The notes under the pieces: generated by a model | What the model saw: only the letters and a program-made list of their open reading frames with translations | Databases searched by the model: none | Told to the model about the DNA's origin: nothing | Assembly (NCBI GenBank): GCA_026023565.1 | Contig: JAPETS010000043.1 | Span: 186,001 to 233,303 of the forward strand | DNA: 47,303 nucleotides | Origin: Cirrosporium novae-zelandiae | Lineage: Eukaryota | Reading direction: 5' to 3' | Shown: in pieces, positions 1-14,272 of the stretch | Position numbering within the stretch: the first letter of the stretch is position 1 | Layout: every line of letters begins with the position of its first letter | Position numbers and translations under genes: made by a program

Positions 1-830
1 GAAGCGAAGGTTGAAGTCAAAGCAGACAAAGGCGACCCGACACCAAACACGAGGAAGGAACTTTTGGGGATAGCACGGGCTGCCTAAGGTATAGAAAGTA
101 ATGGGTTAGCGAAATCCAAGGAAAGGAGGTCAAGAGATGAGGCGTAAGAACCCTTAAATATTCGGAGTTCATTTATCTATCACTTACAGAAGTTGGATGC
201 TGGTCCGGTCCACACGTAGGAGTGAATCTAGCATAAGCGAGCGCGGCCAACAAACCCAAGCAATATATTAAGACGCGTTTTTTTTTTAAAATATGATAAT
301 CCTAAATGACTGACAATAGGGTGTGTGATAGTAGTGTGTGATTTTGAATTAGGAGAATTGAGAAAGTTCGTTCGTTCTGTAAGAGTAGGGCTCTGAGAGG
401 GGGGGGGGAGGTTGAGGTTGCCTCTGCACGATTGAGGATGAAGTAGAAGCAGAGAGAGCGAGAGAGAGAACACAGCGGCAAAGGCAAGACAAGGTAAGGG
501 GGGCTAGTTTGGAGCTGTTTCACCACACAAGTCGCAAGTCGTAAGTTCCGAAAGCGAGATCCGCCACACCTTTCTCTTCTTTTACCAATGCACAAACGAA
601 CAAAGTCGACGAAAATATAGGAGTGACGAAGTATAAGGGAAGGGAAAGACAATAGGAAGATCGGAGGAAAGAGTAACTAAGAGTAAGAGGTGGGAGGGTA
701 TTATTTTTTTTTTAGTAGAGGGGAGAAAATATTAATTATGAATCAATCTACTAAGACAACCCAATAGTGGTGGAGTGTGGAGTATGCAGAGAGAGAGAGA
801 GAGAGGAAGGGAATAATACGGATGGCGAGA
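1..830 (-). other. Probable 5' leader/promoter of an unidentified gene extending off the left edge, with a putative intron at 187->84
   Basis: On the minus strand: GTAAGT donor at 187, GCTAAC branch point near 110-105 and TAG acceptor ending at 84 (104 nt). Upstream sequence is CT-rich on the minus strand, as in fungal core promoters/5' UTRs. No recognisable protein in 1-83. Confidence 0.5.
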
Positions 831-871
831 GTGGGAGAAATGGAAAGCCAACCAGCCTATTGTCTCTAGTT

Positions 872-936
872 ATTGGCTTCATTGGCTTTATTGGCTCCAG
901 TGACCAACTAGAGTTTTGGGGCCTGACTTGAATTGG
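872..936 (-). promoter_or_regulatory. Cluster of CCAAT boxes (ATTGG on the + strand)
   Basis: ATTGGC at 872, 881, 890 (9-bp spacing) and 932, upstream of the putative left-edge gene. CCAAT is the HAP/CBC site; function here is inferred. Confidence 0.4.
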
Positions 937-3900
937 CCTCTAAGAGAACTCAGGAGACTTCGAGCTTGGCAAATTTTGGATTTGGCTCAAAAGAAACCCT
1001 GGTCTTCCTGGTCTTCCTGGTCCTTTGGGGAGAGCGTCGTGGGCGTCTCGGGCTTCTTCTCTTCTTTGGAGGGGGCGCGGGGGGGGCAAGGGAAATGCTT
1101 CGGCTCAACTTTTTTAGTTCTAGGGCTCCGTAGGCTCTAAAAGGGCCAAAAAAAGGCACCAAGGGCTCCTAAGGGGACCTTCATCCTACTTACTTCTTAC
1201 TCGAGGGCTTGCCGCCTGATTCAAAATGTCTACCAAATACCAACGCCTTTTACTTCCCAGCATCTTCAGTAAAATTCCGATTCTTACCTAGCCACCTAGC
1301 CCAGCATCTCTGACCAGAAACTTCAATTAGCTGCATTGATGCCGAACTTGAGAAACATCTCCTCTCTATTATCTGATTGGTTCGTTACAACCTCACTTCA
1401 CCACACTGGTCCCTTAATAGCCCACATACCCAGGTACCGCATTCTTACATCGTTAAGCTTAGTCAACCGGCCATTAAATCAATAGATTATTCGTCCTCTC
1501 TGAAAACCAATGTTTCTCACCGCTGTCAATGATACATTCAAGATTCGATCCAAGATACATGGCTACTGATAAACGTAGGGCTGGTCTTTGCGTTAAAATA
1601 TGCGTTGACAGTAATTTCTGACAGTTGGCCTTTGGAAATTTATGGATCTGTTCTAAACTTTACAAGTGCTTCAAGTGGTCCCACGAAAAGCCAAAGGAGG
1701 AATTACACGGATATACTGTGTAGTCCATGCTGAAATTGCCATATGGATGGTTATGTTTCTCATCATGCTACTTAATACTCGAGTCCAAGAGAAGACCAGC
1801 CAAATGGTTGATACAAAACGCCCATCAGCGTGCAAGATTCTACGTCAGCATTTTAAGGTCATGAGGAAACTTCCATGCAAACCAGCCATTCCTGATCCCA
1901 AGTTGGGCTCGCATTCACAAAACAGTGACGGAGCAAATGATCACCAAACCCATCGTGGCATTTCATTGTTGTGTCTGCTATAGCTACATTGCAAGCAGTA
2001 ATATGAGAACGTTGAGGTCTGCTTAACCAAGATCACCATAAAGATGTCAAGGTAGGTATCCACAGTGTGATCAAAACCCCTGTGAATAAGTTGGGCAACT
2101 GTGTGTGGTCCCAGCAGGGAAGATGCTGCATCTAACCTTTTTTCCTAGAGATTTTCCCCACAAGATATTATCATCGGGCCTATAATTTTTTTTCCTTCCT
2201 TCTAGAATTTCCAACAGACTGGTGGTTGGCTCGGGATGAAGCATTCCTCTTAACCGCGACAATTCAGTAAACGTGGTTCAGTCATAGCCAACAATAAATT
2301 CAATTGATCTGCTCGCCTCGTCTACAAAAGGATCTTCCACCATTGACGATTGATTTTATTCCTGTGTGTTGGCGCTTGATTGCATGCAACCCCTTCACTT
2401 CATGCTCAAAGGGTTGTAATAGCTGCAAGTAGTGGTCTACTCTTCGATTTCAAACCGTCAACCGGTTCGTTGGCAACGCTCTAAAGCATAATCTGTTGTT
2501 GGGATGCTTAACCTGGTTTGGGGGTTCTGACATTTTTTATAACTTGTCCAATTATAACTCAATTCCAATGTGTTGGTGATAATCAATGCTCGCTAAGTCC
2601 CGAAGAATATCATTGGACAACTTTTGTATTCTTCGACACACACCCTACATTTGTTGCCTACATGCTGAAGGATTTCCAATACACCTCCTATGCGGTCTTC
2701 TTGTATGAAGAACCTTAGCTAAATAAGCCCTGTGCACCACGACTAACTTTAATGAACATTTAGATACTGACCGGTGGATAATCTGAAACTCAAGGTCATG
2801 GTTTTGGCTTGACCTAGAGCGATGCTTTCTGAATATATGTTTTAACGTGAGGTTCTAGGTCAAGCTTAGAGCCTAAATCCCAGAGCCCCCGAGCCTCAAA
2901 GGAGCTAACACTGTCTACCTCCTTTCTCGTCAAGCAGACTTTGTACCCGACTTACATTGAATAAATGACTACATGGAGAATTTGTATTATATGGTACGTA
3001 CATGTAATGCCTGACTGTTAATTTCAAGCAGCAAATTTGCCTAAACCTAGCATTCTTCATTCCGGCAATTTTTCCATCTCCGCGGACCTTCCAAGTCCAT
3101 GAAGGTTCACCGTTTCACATCAAAAAAATCCATAGAAAAGTGAAGCAAGAATCAAAAACTTCCATCCTATAGCACCCCGGTTTCTATTTATGCTGCAATC
3201 AAAACTATAAAGAGAAAATATAAGATCACAAACGATATCAGTGTTACCATCATCCTCATTGAACATATATCTCCATTTCAAGATTTACCCTATTCACGGA
3301 ACTAGCATCTGATTAGCAGGTTTATCCCACTTGGCCGCCGCACAATGAACGTGATACTATATGCTATAGTTCCGAACAATAATAGGGACGAGGCTGAATA
3401 CCATGATTCTCTAGGATTTAAGAAATTTGACAAGGCGATACAATATTCTCATAATACTACTAGGTACAACTTAGGTCGAATAAATTTTGACTCGCTACAA
3501 TAGCATATATCGTGTTATATTGACCAAGCGATAACGCCAAATTTGATGATGATTCATTTTATTGTCCGCATGTCGCCTTCGAGCTATAGTGGACATGAAC
3601 TCCAAGTTTCTAGGTTACTAATTGTTTGAGAATTAGCAGTCGAATAACCATAGTTGAACAGAAAAATGTTGAGACACCAGCAGATCCATTGGATTATACT
3701 CATGTCTTAATCTGAGGATGGAGAGGTCGTGCTTTACAATGAATTATCATACTGAAGTCAGATGGTAGGTAACATTTGCACACTGGTTATAGACTGTGAG
3801 ATTGGACATGGTGGAATTAGGTAGAAGGCATTGAACAAAAACCCAAACAGGTAATTATAGACGACTGCAGTCATATCCAATGGCAAAGTAACAATGACAT

Positions 3901-5583
3901 CATCAACAACTTCTGATGTCTCACTCAAAACCTACGGGTCATCTTCTTGGACACGTGGAACACTTCCTCTCTCGACTAACACTTCACAATTTTGACATTC
4001 AGTTACCTATTTGTATGAAAGAACCAATTGCTAGTGCCAAGATGGTCAAGAGAAATGGAGTGCTTGTTGTCCATCAAGTCTACGACTCCTTGTGGGCTCT
4101 CCATAGCAACTGCATGTATTGCTAAGGACCTCAACTAGCGATCAAGCATCTATATTTCGGAGATTTTGGCTCTAGGGGGAAAACCGTAGTTAATTGGCCA
4201 GGCTAATTCCTTCGGAAATGTACATCATCACTGCAGTCCTCACCAGAGGAGCAGAAAAGGAAACTATAGTATTCATGTTAATACTGTATGTCCATTCTCA
4301 TTGACTTTTCGTCGTGGGACCAAAGGATAACAATGACCGTCGTCAAATAGGTGACACTTCAAAGCTGAGCAAGTGATACCCACAGTCCCCAGTCAGTAAC
4401 CCGCTGAGGAGAGTAGTGTCCAGATATTGAATTCTTGAAACAAGGCTTGAAGCTCTGTTCTTTGAGTACCAGTTCCCATGCCCCCCGTCGTCATCGCACC
4501 GCCACTAATAATAGTTTGCTTTGGGAGCATCCACAAATGATACGTCCGACGGAGGAAGGGATGTGCTTAATATCTCTTCAATTCATGCATAAAGCACGAT
4601 ATATCAGATAGGATATGAATGGCTTGGCTGACATGCTCAGAAAGTGAAATTAATATAAAAAGACACTCCAGAAGAGCTAATAAGGCATTCCAGAATGAAG
4701 CCCAAAGCCATTACAGAAAAATAAGCCTGGAGAAATCGTATCTGCAAACAAGAAAGCCTCGGTAGAATCTTGTACATTCTCTCTTGACTGGCCATATTAA
4801 TCTTACCATGTGAATAATGCTCGGTGCAAATTGGTGGAGGAGGGGCAAATTGAGCATGACGGAGTTGAGTATCTTTTACAAACAAACGGTTAGACTAAAA
4901 GACTCCTTGATCTCCCAGGTTAATGCTCGTGGTCCTATTAACATTGTATGCTTGTTCTAGACCTGCAGATTGTCAATGGAATTTCACCGCTATATTCTCC
5001 CTTGTTCCACCTCTGGCGTGAACTGAAATCTCCTTGGCGCTTGCGCTTAAAGTTTAAGACTATGCAGTAGGGGATCAGGAATCCCTTATCGCATTTATCT
5101 ATCCGTCTATTCTACTCCAGAAAGTGAACGATGTCGTTGTCTCTTCTCGATCCATGCAGCATTTCTGCAGTGCAAGTGCGCATATGGAGTTTGGTATCCA
5201 GTTATTCCAACTTAGCCCCTCATGTTCTGTGTATCCACAGAGAAAGTTGCCACAGCAGAAGAAGTTAGCCACCGATGTCAGTCTGTTGTTCCATTACTGT
5301 AGTGATCCTGAATCATTTGTATTGTATATTTGATGATGATGATGATGCTTCTTCAGTCTGAGAATTCCTCGCGTTTTATTATCCTCGCTTGAGTTGGACA
5401 GATCTCGTACTTTTTCTCTGACATTAGACGCCTCCTCATCGCTGACCTTTCGACAACTACTACCTACCTTGACTCTTTCTCTAATTCTTATTTTTGTCTC
5501 CTACCTTTTTTTAAAAAGGGCCTATCAAAAAGCCTATATACACTTCTTCAGATTAAAAAGGTTATCTTCTCAACTTAGCAAGA

Positions 5584-6889
5584 ATGTCCCCGTCTGCTGT
5601 TTCACCCACTCCAGTTCGGACCAAACGACCAGGTGATCTTGCGGTTCCAAAAATCAGTCTAGCACAAAATGTGGTAAAGGAGAACACCAAAAGAAAGATT
5701 ATCATATTTTCAGGTATGATTGCCTGAATCATGGTCATGCATTAGGAGTACATTATACTGAGCTATTGGCACCCAGATTTTGATGGGACTATCTTCATGC
5801 AAGACACCGGTCATGTCCTCTTTGATAGGTGTGTATTCTTCATAACCAAGACCGCCAAGAGAATACATAGCTTTGGACAACCAAAGAAATCTCATATTAA
5901 TATTTCCTCAGTCACGGATGCGGCTCCAAACGAAGGGAGATACTAGATGAACAGATTAAGTCTGGTACACGAACGTTTAAAGATGTCTCTGAAGAAATGT
6001 GGGGATCATTGAATGTTAGAAAAGAGCGAGTTGTGCCAAAATAGTTCAGCGTTAACTAACATATCTACTCTTAGGTCCCTTTCGATGATGGATTCGAGGT
6101 GATGAGAGAGGCTCTAGAGATTGATCCTGACTTTGATTCTTTCCATAAATTTTGCATGGAGCAGAACATCCCTTTTAACGTGATCTCTGCTGGGCTGAAG
6201 CCAATTTTAAGGAAGATTCTAGATGAATTTCTTGGGGAGAAACAGGTGAGTGAATATACTATAGTTGTGAGGGTTCCATTCTAATATCCGTAGTCCTCAA
6301 ACATCGAAATTGTTGCAAATGATGCGCAAATCAGTCCAGATGGCTCGGAATGGAAGCCAATCTGGCGTCATGAGTCCGAATTGGGTCACGACAAAGCAGC
6401 ATCGATCCAAGAATATCGCGACAGTGCAAAACTTGAAAGCGAAGATGGAACAATTCCAATGATTATTTTTGTTGGAGATGGTGTATCCGATCTGCCTGCG
6501 GCTCGTGAAGCAGATTTGTTGTTTGCACGCAAGGGTTTGCGACTTGAAGAATACTGCCTAGAGCACAAGCTTCCGTATATTGCATTTGAGACCTTTGCCG
6601 ATATCCAGAAAGAAGTACAGAATATTATGAAGGAGGATGAGCAAAAGACAGGTGGTCATGGAAAACCTGTCAGGTTCAACCCTCGCGCCAACATGTGGAG
6701 GCGTCTATCCAGCAGATACGCGGTAGGCTCAGAGATGCTCTTGTTTTCTTCTTTCACGATTGGCTTGGGGATGCTGACTCGGGCGTTTAGGTTCCTTTGT
6801 ATGTCACTGCCACGCCGAAAGAAGAAAAAATGTTACTCTGGCCAGAAACGTTTTCGCATTTTGAGCCAAGGGAAGAGATTACTGTTTGA
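5584..6889 (+). CDS. HAD-superfamily phosphatase (MtnX-like / yeast YNL010W-PYP1-like family)
   Basis: Exons 5584-5713, 5777-5828, 5912-6014, 6075-6245, 6294-6722, 6791-6889 join in frame: MSPSAVS...IIIFSDFDGTIFMQDTG (motif I DxDGT), VISAG (motif II), GHDK (motif III), FVGDGVSDLPAAREAD (motif IV). All introns GT-AG. Confidence 0.88.
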
Positions 6890-7110
6890 GCGCATACACT
6901 GCCTCACTCCGATTCTTCGGCCAATGGCAATTGGACGGACCTACATGGATTGTAATGAGATATGGATCATGATATTCTTAGAAATAGATTTTCCTGACTA
7001 CCCGCATGCCGCTAACATATTCTGCATAAATTTCACATGTACTTGGGCATCATCAATTTCCACAGAGGGTTTCCAACACCAATTGTTTTGTTAATGACGC
7101 TTTATTAAAG

Positions 7111-7148
7111 TAGTGGTAGCAGCAGCAGTAGCAGTAGTAGTAGCAGCT
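7111..7148 (+). repeat. Mixed (TAG/CAG)n trinucleotide repeat
   Basis: tagtggtagcagcagcagtagcagtagtagtagcagct read directly. Confidence 0.75.
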
Positions 7149-7460
7149 ACTGTTGTTCTACTAATAGTCAACAGAGTTTGGATCATCCAGTCAATTGGCC
7201 ATGACGGGTTGGTAAATCTCTCAAAAGGAAGATTGGAATGTAACGTACAAATAGATCCAACTTGAACAAGGATTTAGAATTTTGATCCAGTGGTTTTCCT
7301 CAGCCAAGGAGACTATGGATAAGGCTTCTGAACGGTGCTTGTATTTCCGTCACCCCGCACATAGACAATGGGAAAATGGTGCATAGGTGCATAAATCAAG
7401 AAATCCAGGTCATGGCAGTGGCTGAGATCAACAGAGCGAGGGGCACCAACAACAGGTTTG

Positions 7461-7495
7461 ACTGCACCCAACTGCACCCAACTGCACCCAACTGC
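7461..7495 (+). repeat. Tandem 10-mer (ACTGCACCCA)x3 plus a partial unit, upstream of PSD2
   Basis: actgcaccca actgcaccca actgcaccca actgc read directly. Confidence 0.9.
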
Positions 7496-7893
7496 TCCTT
7501 CCCTCCTGTTTCCAAGAGGCCCTACACCTTCCACCTCATGCGCCTCTCCTTCATAAGCGATGTTTTTGCCCCCACGGATCCCTCCGATGTTGTCGAGTTG
7601 TTGATGATTTTTTAACACTTTTCACTTTTTTTCAGTTCCATCGCAACCTACTTCTACTTCTTTTTAGTCGTCTATCCTACCCAGCTCTTTCGTCATAAGT
7701 GACCCGTAGTAAGCCGCCGAGACGGTCGGATCGCACAGATACTTTCTTGTCGGATTTGTCGGCCCCGGACTTGGAATGTTTGCAGGATCATTCAGCGTCA
7801 TTGCAAACAACTCTCACGCAGCTCGTTGACCAGATCATCTTTCCTGTATGCATTGATTGACGGCTAGTCATTCTTCTATTTTTCAATTTCAAA

Positions 7894-10800
7894 ATGGTCC
7901 GACTAGGCCTACCATCGCGTCTACGGAGCTCTAACACCTTAAGCCAGAGTTCTAGTCGGCCAACAAGTCGGGCTCAAAGCCGAATACATAGTCGAGCAAA
8001 TAGTCCCCGTCCGTTAACAATGGACAAGTCACTTGTTTTGAGAATCGCCGTTCTCAAGGTCAGCATTATATTCTAGTTCATCATATCTTCTACGTTATCT
8101 ACTAACGACTTCAAGGCTCGAAATCTGGCAGCCAAAGATAGGGGAGGAACTAGCGACCCTGTATGCGAAACTCGAACGTGAAGAACGCAGTATGAATTGA
8201 CCATCCTCAGTATCTTGTCGTTACCCTCGGAGAAACTCGCCAATCAACATCGGCAATTCCAAAGAATCTTAATCCAGAATGGAATGAAACATTTGATCTC
8301 CCAATCAATGGCGTCCCTCTGCTCGAATGTTTTTGTTGGGATAAGGATCGATTCGGTAAGGATTACCTCGGTGAGCTGGATATACCATTAGAGGACATCT
8401 TCGCGAATGGAAACATCAAGCAGGAGGTAAAACAATGCACCCGTATTGCTGGACACTGCTAAACCCTTCAAGCCACGATGGTATCCCCTGAGATCCGCCC
8501 GAAAAAAGTCAAAGAAGAACGATGTTTCCGGAGAAGTCCTCCTGCAGTTCCAGCTTGTCGATTCCTCAAACGAAGCAGCGACCCCCGAACAGATACTATC
8601 TCGCTTCAATTCTATCGTCGTGAGTAGCCCGGAGGAAGATGGGGATGAGTCAGGTTTCGATCTTGGAGACCTTGACGACGATGAGCTGGAGGACAAGGAG
8701 GGAATTTCTGAAGTCTCCTCTGAAACAGATGATCCTACAAAGCCCGACTCGAAGGAAAGGAAGAAGAGAAGGCTCCGCCTAGCAAGGCTCAAGAAGAGGA
8801 GTAGAAAGAGGGCGTACGAATTTCTTAACGGCGGAAGCGATGTGGTCGGTATCGTGTTTTTGGAAATATCAAGCGTCAAAGACCTTCCACCTCAAAAAAA
8901 CAGTATTTCAAACTTATATTTGGTTGTGATCTACAGATATGCTGATGCATGCTGCAGTGACTCGAACCTCATTCGACATGGATCCTTTCGTCATAGCCTC
9001 ATTAGGCAAAAAGACATTCCGAACTCGTGTCCTTCGTCATAACTTGAACCCTGTTTTTGACGAAAAAATGGTCTTCCAAGTGCTTCGTCATGAACAGTCC
9101 TACTCCCTAAGTTTCACCGTTGTTGACCGAGATAAGCTTTCCGGGAATGATTTTATTGGACAAAACACGTTTCCATTACAGACCTTGATTGCTGCTGCGC
9201 CGGAAGCTGATCCGAACACTGGACTATATCGTTTACCAGATCCAGACTCAACGGCTCCACCTACCCCGTCCCCTTCCAATCGATCTAGGTTTAGGTTACC
9301 ACTCTCCCGTTCCGCTTCTGCTACCAGCTTAAGCAAATCCACCAAGGAGAAGCCAAAACTTGTGGAGTCATATTCGAATAGTTCCCAGCTAACTACACTA
9401 ACTGCGCCAACAAGCATCCCCGCCGACCAAATCTCCATAACCTCTTCTCAGGATCCCGCCGGTGGAAATGATGAAGCTCCTACCAATCAGTCCGATTCCG
9501 ATCTGAAAGTTTACACGATTCCAGTGACATTGAAGAGCAAGGAACGATGGGAAGACAAGCACTCCCCAGAGCTTACCATCAAGGCAAAGTATTTGCCTTA
9601 TACTGCCCTTCGTCAACAATTCTGGCGAGCAATGTTGAAACAATACGACGCAGACGACAGTGCCCGGGTTAGCAAGGTTGAACTTACAACAATGCTTGAC
9701 ACTCTAGGATCCACTCTCAAAGAATCCACCATCAATGGCTTTTTCTCTAGATTCGCAGAAGAGAATGGCGGAGAAGCGGGAACTGAGGATCTAACATTTG
9801 ATCAGGCGGTCATCTGTCTTGAGGATCAGCTGCAGCAAGCATCTCAGAAGAAATCGCTCGGAAGCAAACTCAAAGCTCAGCTTCCGACAGGAAACTCATT
9901 AAGACCTGGGAGCGACAGTGGTGCATCAACCCCCAAACCCGAGACCATTGTTATCGCACCTACGAATATGCAGAGTAATATTTCTATACCAACAATATCT
10001 CAAGAAGATCTCGGGCAGAAGGGGGAGGCTGGCGATGTTCTGGATGGAGACGAGCTTGCCGATGGCACAGGCGAGGAGCACGTAGTAGAAATACGCGAGT
10101 GTCCCTTGTGCCATCAGCCACGATTGAATAAACGATCTGATGCAGATATAATCACCCACATTGCAACATGTGCCAGTCAGGACTGGAGACAAGTGAATAA
10201 CATTGTTATGGGTGGCTTCGTTACTTCTAGTCAAGCTCAGCGCAAATGGTATTCCAAGGTCATCACGAAGATATCGTACGGTGGTTACAAATTGGGAGCA
10301 AATTCTGCAAATATCCTTGTTCAGGATCGCATTACAGGTCAAATTAACGAGGAACGTATGAGCGTATATGTTAGGTTGGGGATCCGGTTACTCTACAAGG
10401 GACTAAAGAGCCGTGACATGGAGAAAAAGCGAAGTAAGTGCTTCTCGTAGAATCAACTTGGTATAAATTCATACTAACTAAATTGAAGTCCGCAAGCTCC
10501 TGAAATCTCTTAGTATCAAACAAGGGAAAAAGTATGATGACCCAGCTTCAGCGCGAGAGATTGAGCCATTCATTGCATTCCACCAACTGGATATGTCAGA
10601 AGTTCTTCTCGCAACAGAGCAGTTCAAGAATTTCAACGAGTTCTTCTACCGCGCTTTGAAGCCGAATGCCCGTCCTTGCTCGGCTCCAGACAATCCAAGG
10701 ATTGTTGTCTCGCCAGCTGATTGCCGTTCAGTTGTGTTCAATCATATAGATGACGCTACACGAATATGGATCAAAGGTCGCGAATTCTCCATCGATCATC

Positions 10801-11461
10801 TTTTAGGAAAGGGATATCCAGACGATGTGAAACGCTATATCAATGGATCTCTTGGAATTTTCCGACTAGCTCCACAGGACTACCACCGGTTCCACATCCC
10901 AGTTGATGGTGTTTTGGACGAACCGAAACTCATCGAAGGCGAATATTACACGGTTAATCCCATGGCCATACGTTCCGCTCTTGATGTCTATGGAGAAAAT
11001 GTCAGGGTCCTTGTTCCAATCGACTCAGTAGCACATGGTCGGGTTATGGTTATCTGTGTGGGTGCTATGATGGTTGGCAGTACTGTTATCACGAGAAAGG
11101 CTGGTGAAAAGGTCAGCCGAGCCGAAGAACTAGGTTATTTCAAGTTCGGCGGCAGTACGATAATTTTACTGTTTGAGCCTGGTGTTATGCAGTTTGACGA
11201 GGATTTGATTGACAATTCGAACGGTGCGCTTGAAACTTTGGTAAGTTTTGGTGAGCCTTGATCTCCAGAGAACATGTCTAATATATTTTGCAGATTCGCG
11301 TTGGCATGTCAATCGGCCATCATCCAGAAGAGGGACAATGGACACCTGATATGCCCAAAGATGGAAGCTCAATCACGCAAGAGGAGTTACAGGAGGCTCA
11401 ACGTAGGATTGAAGGAAGTCTTGCTCCTACGAGACCTCCTCGTCCGGCAGAGTCGGAATAG
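7894..11461 (+). CDS. PSD2: Phosphatidylserine decarboxylase proenzyme 2 (C2 domains, EF-hand-like region, PSD catalytic domain)
   Basis: Exons 7894-8058, 8116-8160, 8211-8426, 8473-8902, 8958-10433, 10489-11240, 11294-11461. C2 motifs (ARNLAAKDRGGTSDPYLVV; DMDPFVIASLG...HNLNPVF), FNEFFYRALKP, SPADCR, RLAPQDYHRFH and the self-cleavage motif FKFGGST. Confidence 0.95.
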
Positions 11462-12180
11462 GTCGGGGAGGAACTACTAGAGTGAAGGATGGCAATTGAT
11501 TTCCGTATGCCTCTTTTCGGTGTGAAACAGGATGGCGGCTGCGAAAGAGTAAAACTTTATGGGTTATGAGAAACGAAGTCTGGGTATAAGTTTTTATTGT
11601 TGTACAATCCTACTCTAAGCAATTCATCTGGTATGAAGTTGCAGGTGAACGAAAGTTCCCAGCCGTTCATTACTTTGCGGTCTCATAGTCAGTATAGTTA
11701 AATTAATTACCATGGCATACTAGCTCCTCTCAGTTTGAGTTGAGTTAGCGGATGATGGGTGGCTTGGTGTCGGCTTTCTTAATAAGGCAATACTGCCATT
11801 ACTCCCTGGCCACGATGAAATCATTTAATAGGTACATGTTTTATACTATTCTATTATCAAAGCTGTCCGGGAACTTGAGATGCTACAAATGTAAATTCAG
11901 ACGGCCAATTACCTGCCATTGAGTAGATTTCTATATCGAGACTAGTGTGTTCTGTCGCGCCAAGACCAAAACATTGCGGATCTATCACCACTCCACCTCA
12001 GCACCTAAGCAACCATCGAACAAATACCCCAATGTCTAAATATCACTACCGTCGCTCACTTCAACACCCAGTCTACGTTTCGCTATCCTTGGAACTTTCC
12101 TCGACTGACCGACGGCCCGCCCAATTCAGGCATTGACCATCAACGAACGCGCTACTCGATTAATTTACCTTTCGACCTCA

Positions 12181-14272
12181 ATGACAACCTACGCGACCAG
12201 GACGCCGCTGCAGACTCTATCAATGCCAACCTCACAACGACCTACAACAAGAAGAACAAGCGCGCGGTTGATGGAAAAGGAGGATGCGCTTCCGAATGGC
12301 TTCCCGAAATCGGTAAACAGCGCGACAGGGAAACAGGCAGCGTCAAGAGGAGGGGGGACTGCCGGGTCAAAGAGGAAAGTTGGTGCGTTGTTTACGGTCT
12401 AGAAACCACGGATACGAATTTAAGATGAAATTTCGGCTGACAATTGTTGGGCTTATAGCTACATATGATGAAGAAGACGATGGGTTCACATTCACAAGGA
12501 CGAGGTCGAAACGGCCGAAAGCGCAACCACCCCCTGAGCCTGAACCAATTATATCGAAGAAAGAAGAGACTGCGCAAACACAAGAACGAAAGCGGGGTCG
12601 TAAAAGACAGCCGGCAACGACAAATGGATCCGAGAATGATCAAAAACCTCAGAGGCGGAAGTCTGCACGGTTATCCGGGGCCACAAGAGAACTTGAGCAG
12701 AGAACCAGAGGAAGGCGGCGAAAGGAGGAAAATCATGATCAAGAGGAACCAGAACCCAAGAAACATCCTCGTTCGAGGAAACATGAAAAGGACAAGGATG
12801 TTGCAGCAGACGACAGTATCGATCTTGTAGGAGCCCATTCACCTCCGGATTCGCGAAAAGGTACGAAGATTGCGCTCCCATTTGCCGACACCCCTATCAT
12901 CAAACGCAACAAAGAAATGCGACAAGGCCATGATCGTGGCCGAGAAAAGGGTCAGCGACGAAGTAGCTTAGGAAATCGGGGCAGAAGGGCCAGTTCTCTG
13001 ATTGACAGTGGCACATCGAATGGTCTGCATCCTCACCCTCGTTCCTTGCAAATTCCAATAGCTCGGGATTTGGCGCAGGAAGATATTAACTTTGAGACAG
13101 CTCTACCGCATAGTGAGGTCGCGATCGAAGATTTCTACAAGCATATTGAGAGCGGGTTACCCGAACCGAGGCGCATGAAGCAGCTGCTGATATGGTGCGG
13201 GACGAGAGCTCTGGGGGAGCGACCTACGGGTCATTTTGAAGATGCATCTGAAAGGTTGGCAGGTAGGCACGGAGCGGAGACATGACGTATGAACTTGGCT
13301 GACGGATTGGGTAGCACGAGCTATTCAGGAGGAACTTTTAAAGGACTTTTCCAATCGATCGGAATTGTCGGATTGGTTCAGCAGGGTATTTTCACAACAG
13401 CTCAACGTTTTCGTCCGCTAACAACCACCCAGGAAGAAACAACGCCTATAGCTATAGTCAAGAAACCAAATCCCCAGAATATCCAAAATCAATCCAAGAT
13501 CCAAGAGTTGGAGGAACAATTAAAACGGTTTGTCACCCCTCATCCCCTCAAAACTACCAAGTTCGTAGCTTATGTTCCCTACAGCCTACGAGAAGAACGA
13601 CGGTCCTGGGAATCCATTGTCAAAAACCCGATACCCCCAGACCCTTTCTCCTCACCACCCGACCCATCCAAGCCCAACCCTCAAACCGAATCCCAAGACC
13701 AAAATTCTCCTTTCGACATCGACTCCTCCCTTCTTTCCCCCGACCAAAAAGCCCTCGTATCAAGTCTCGTCCCGCCTCCTCTCACTACAACAAACACAAC
13801 CACAGATCGAAATTCAGCCCCCATCTCCACCACCAATATTCCCACCTCACACTCCATCTCCACACAACTCCAATCCCTAACTTCGAATCTAGAATTTACG
13901 GTTGACAGCTTCGCAGACGGCATACACACTCTAAGTTCATTTCGGGAAATGGCCGATCGCGTTGCTGGGAGGGTGCTAGAGCTTTCCGCATTAACATTGG
14001 AAGAGAGGGACCGGAGGGGGAGAAGGAAAGCTGCTATTGCAGATGAAGATGAAAATGAAGATGAAGATGAAGACGGTGAAGGGAGAGGAGGGAACTCGAA
14101 CTCGGAAGGAAATGATGATTTCAATTCTAGATCCACCTCCAACACTAGCGGGAGCGGGGGGAGCAGTGAGAAGGAAAATGGGGAGAAACGACGGCCAAGG
14201 AGGAGGAGACTCCTAAGCGATGTTAGCACGAGAGATGTGCTAAGGGCTTTAAGTCGTGTTGATGAGGGATGA
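12181..14272 (+). CDS. DSN1: Kinetochore MIS12/MIND complex subunit Mis13/Dsn1
   Basis: Exons 12181-12382, 12459-13022, 13101-13262, 13315-13385, 13433-13527, 13585-14272. Motifs YDEEDDGFTFTR, IALPFADTPIIKRNKEMR, RRSSLGNRGRRASSL, PHSEV..EDFYKHIESGLPEPRRMKQLLIWCG, KKPNPQNIQN, RDVLRALSR are typical of fungal Mis13/Dsn1. Confidence 0.87.
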
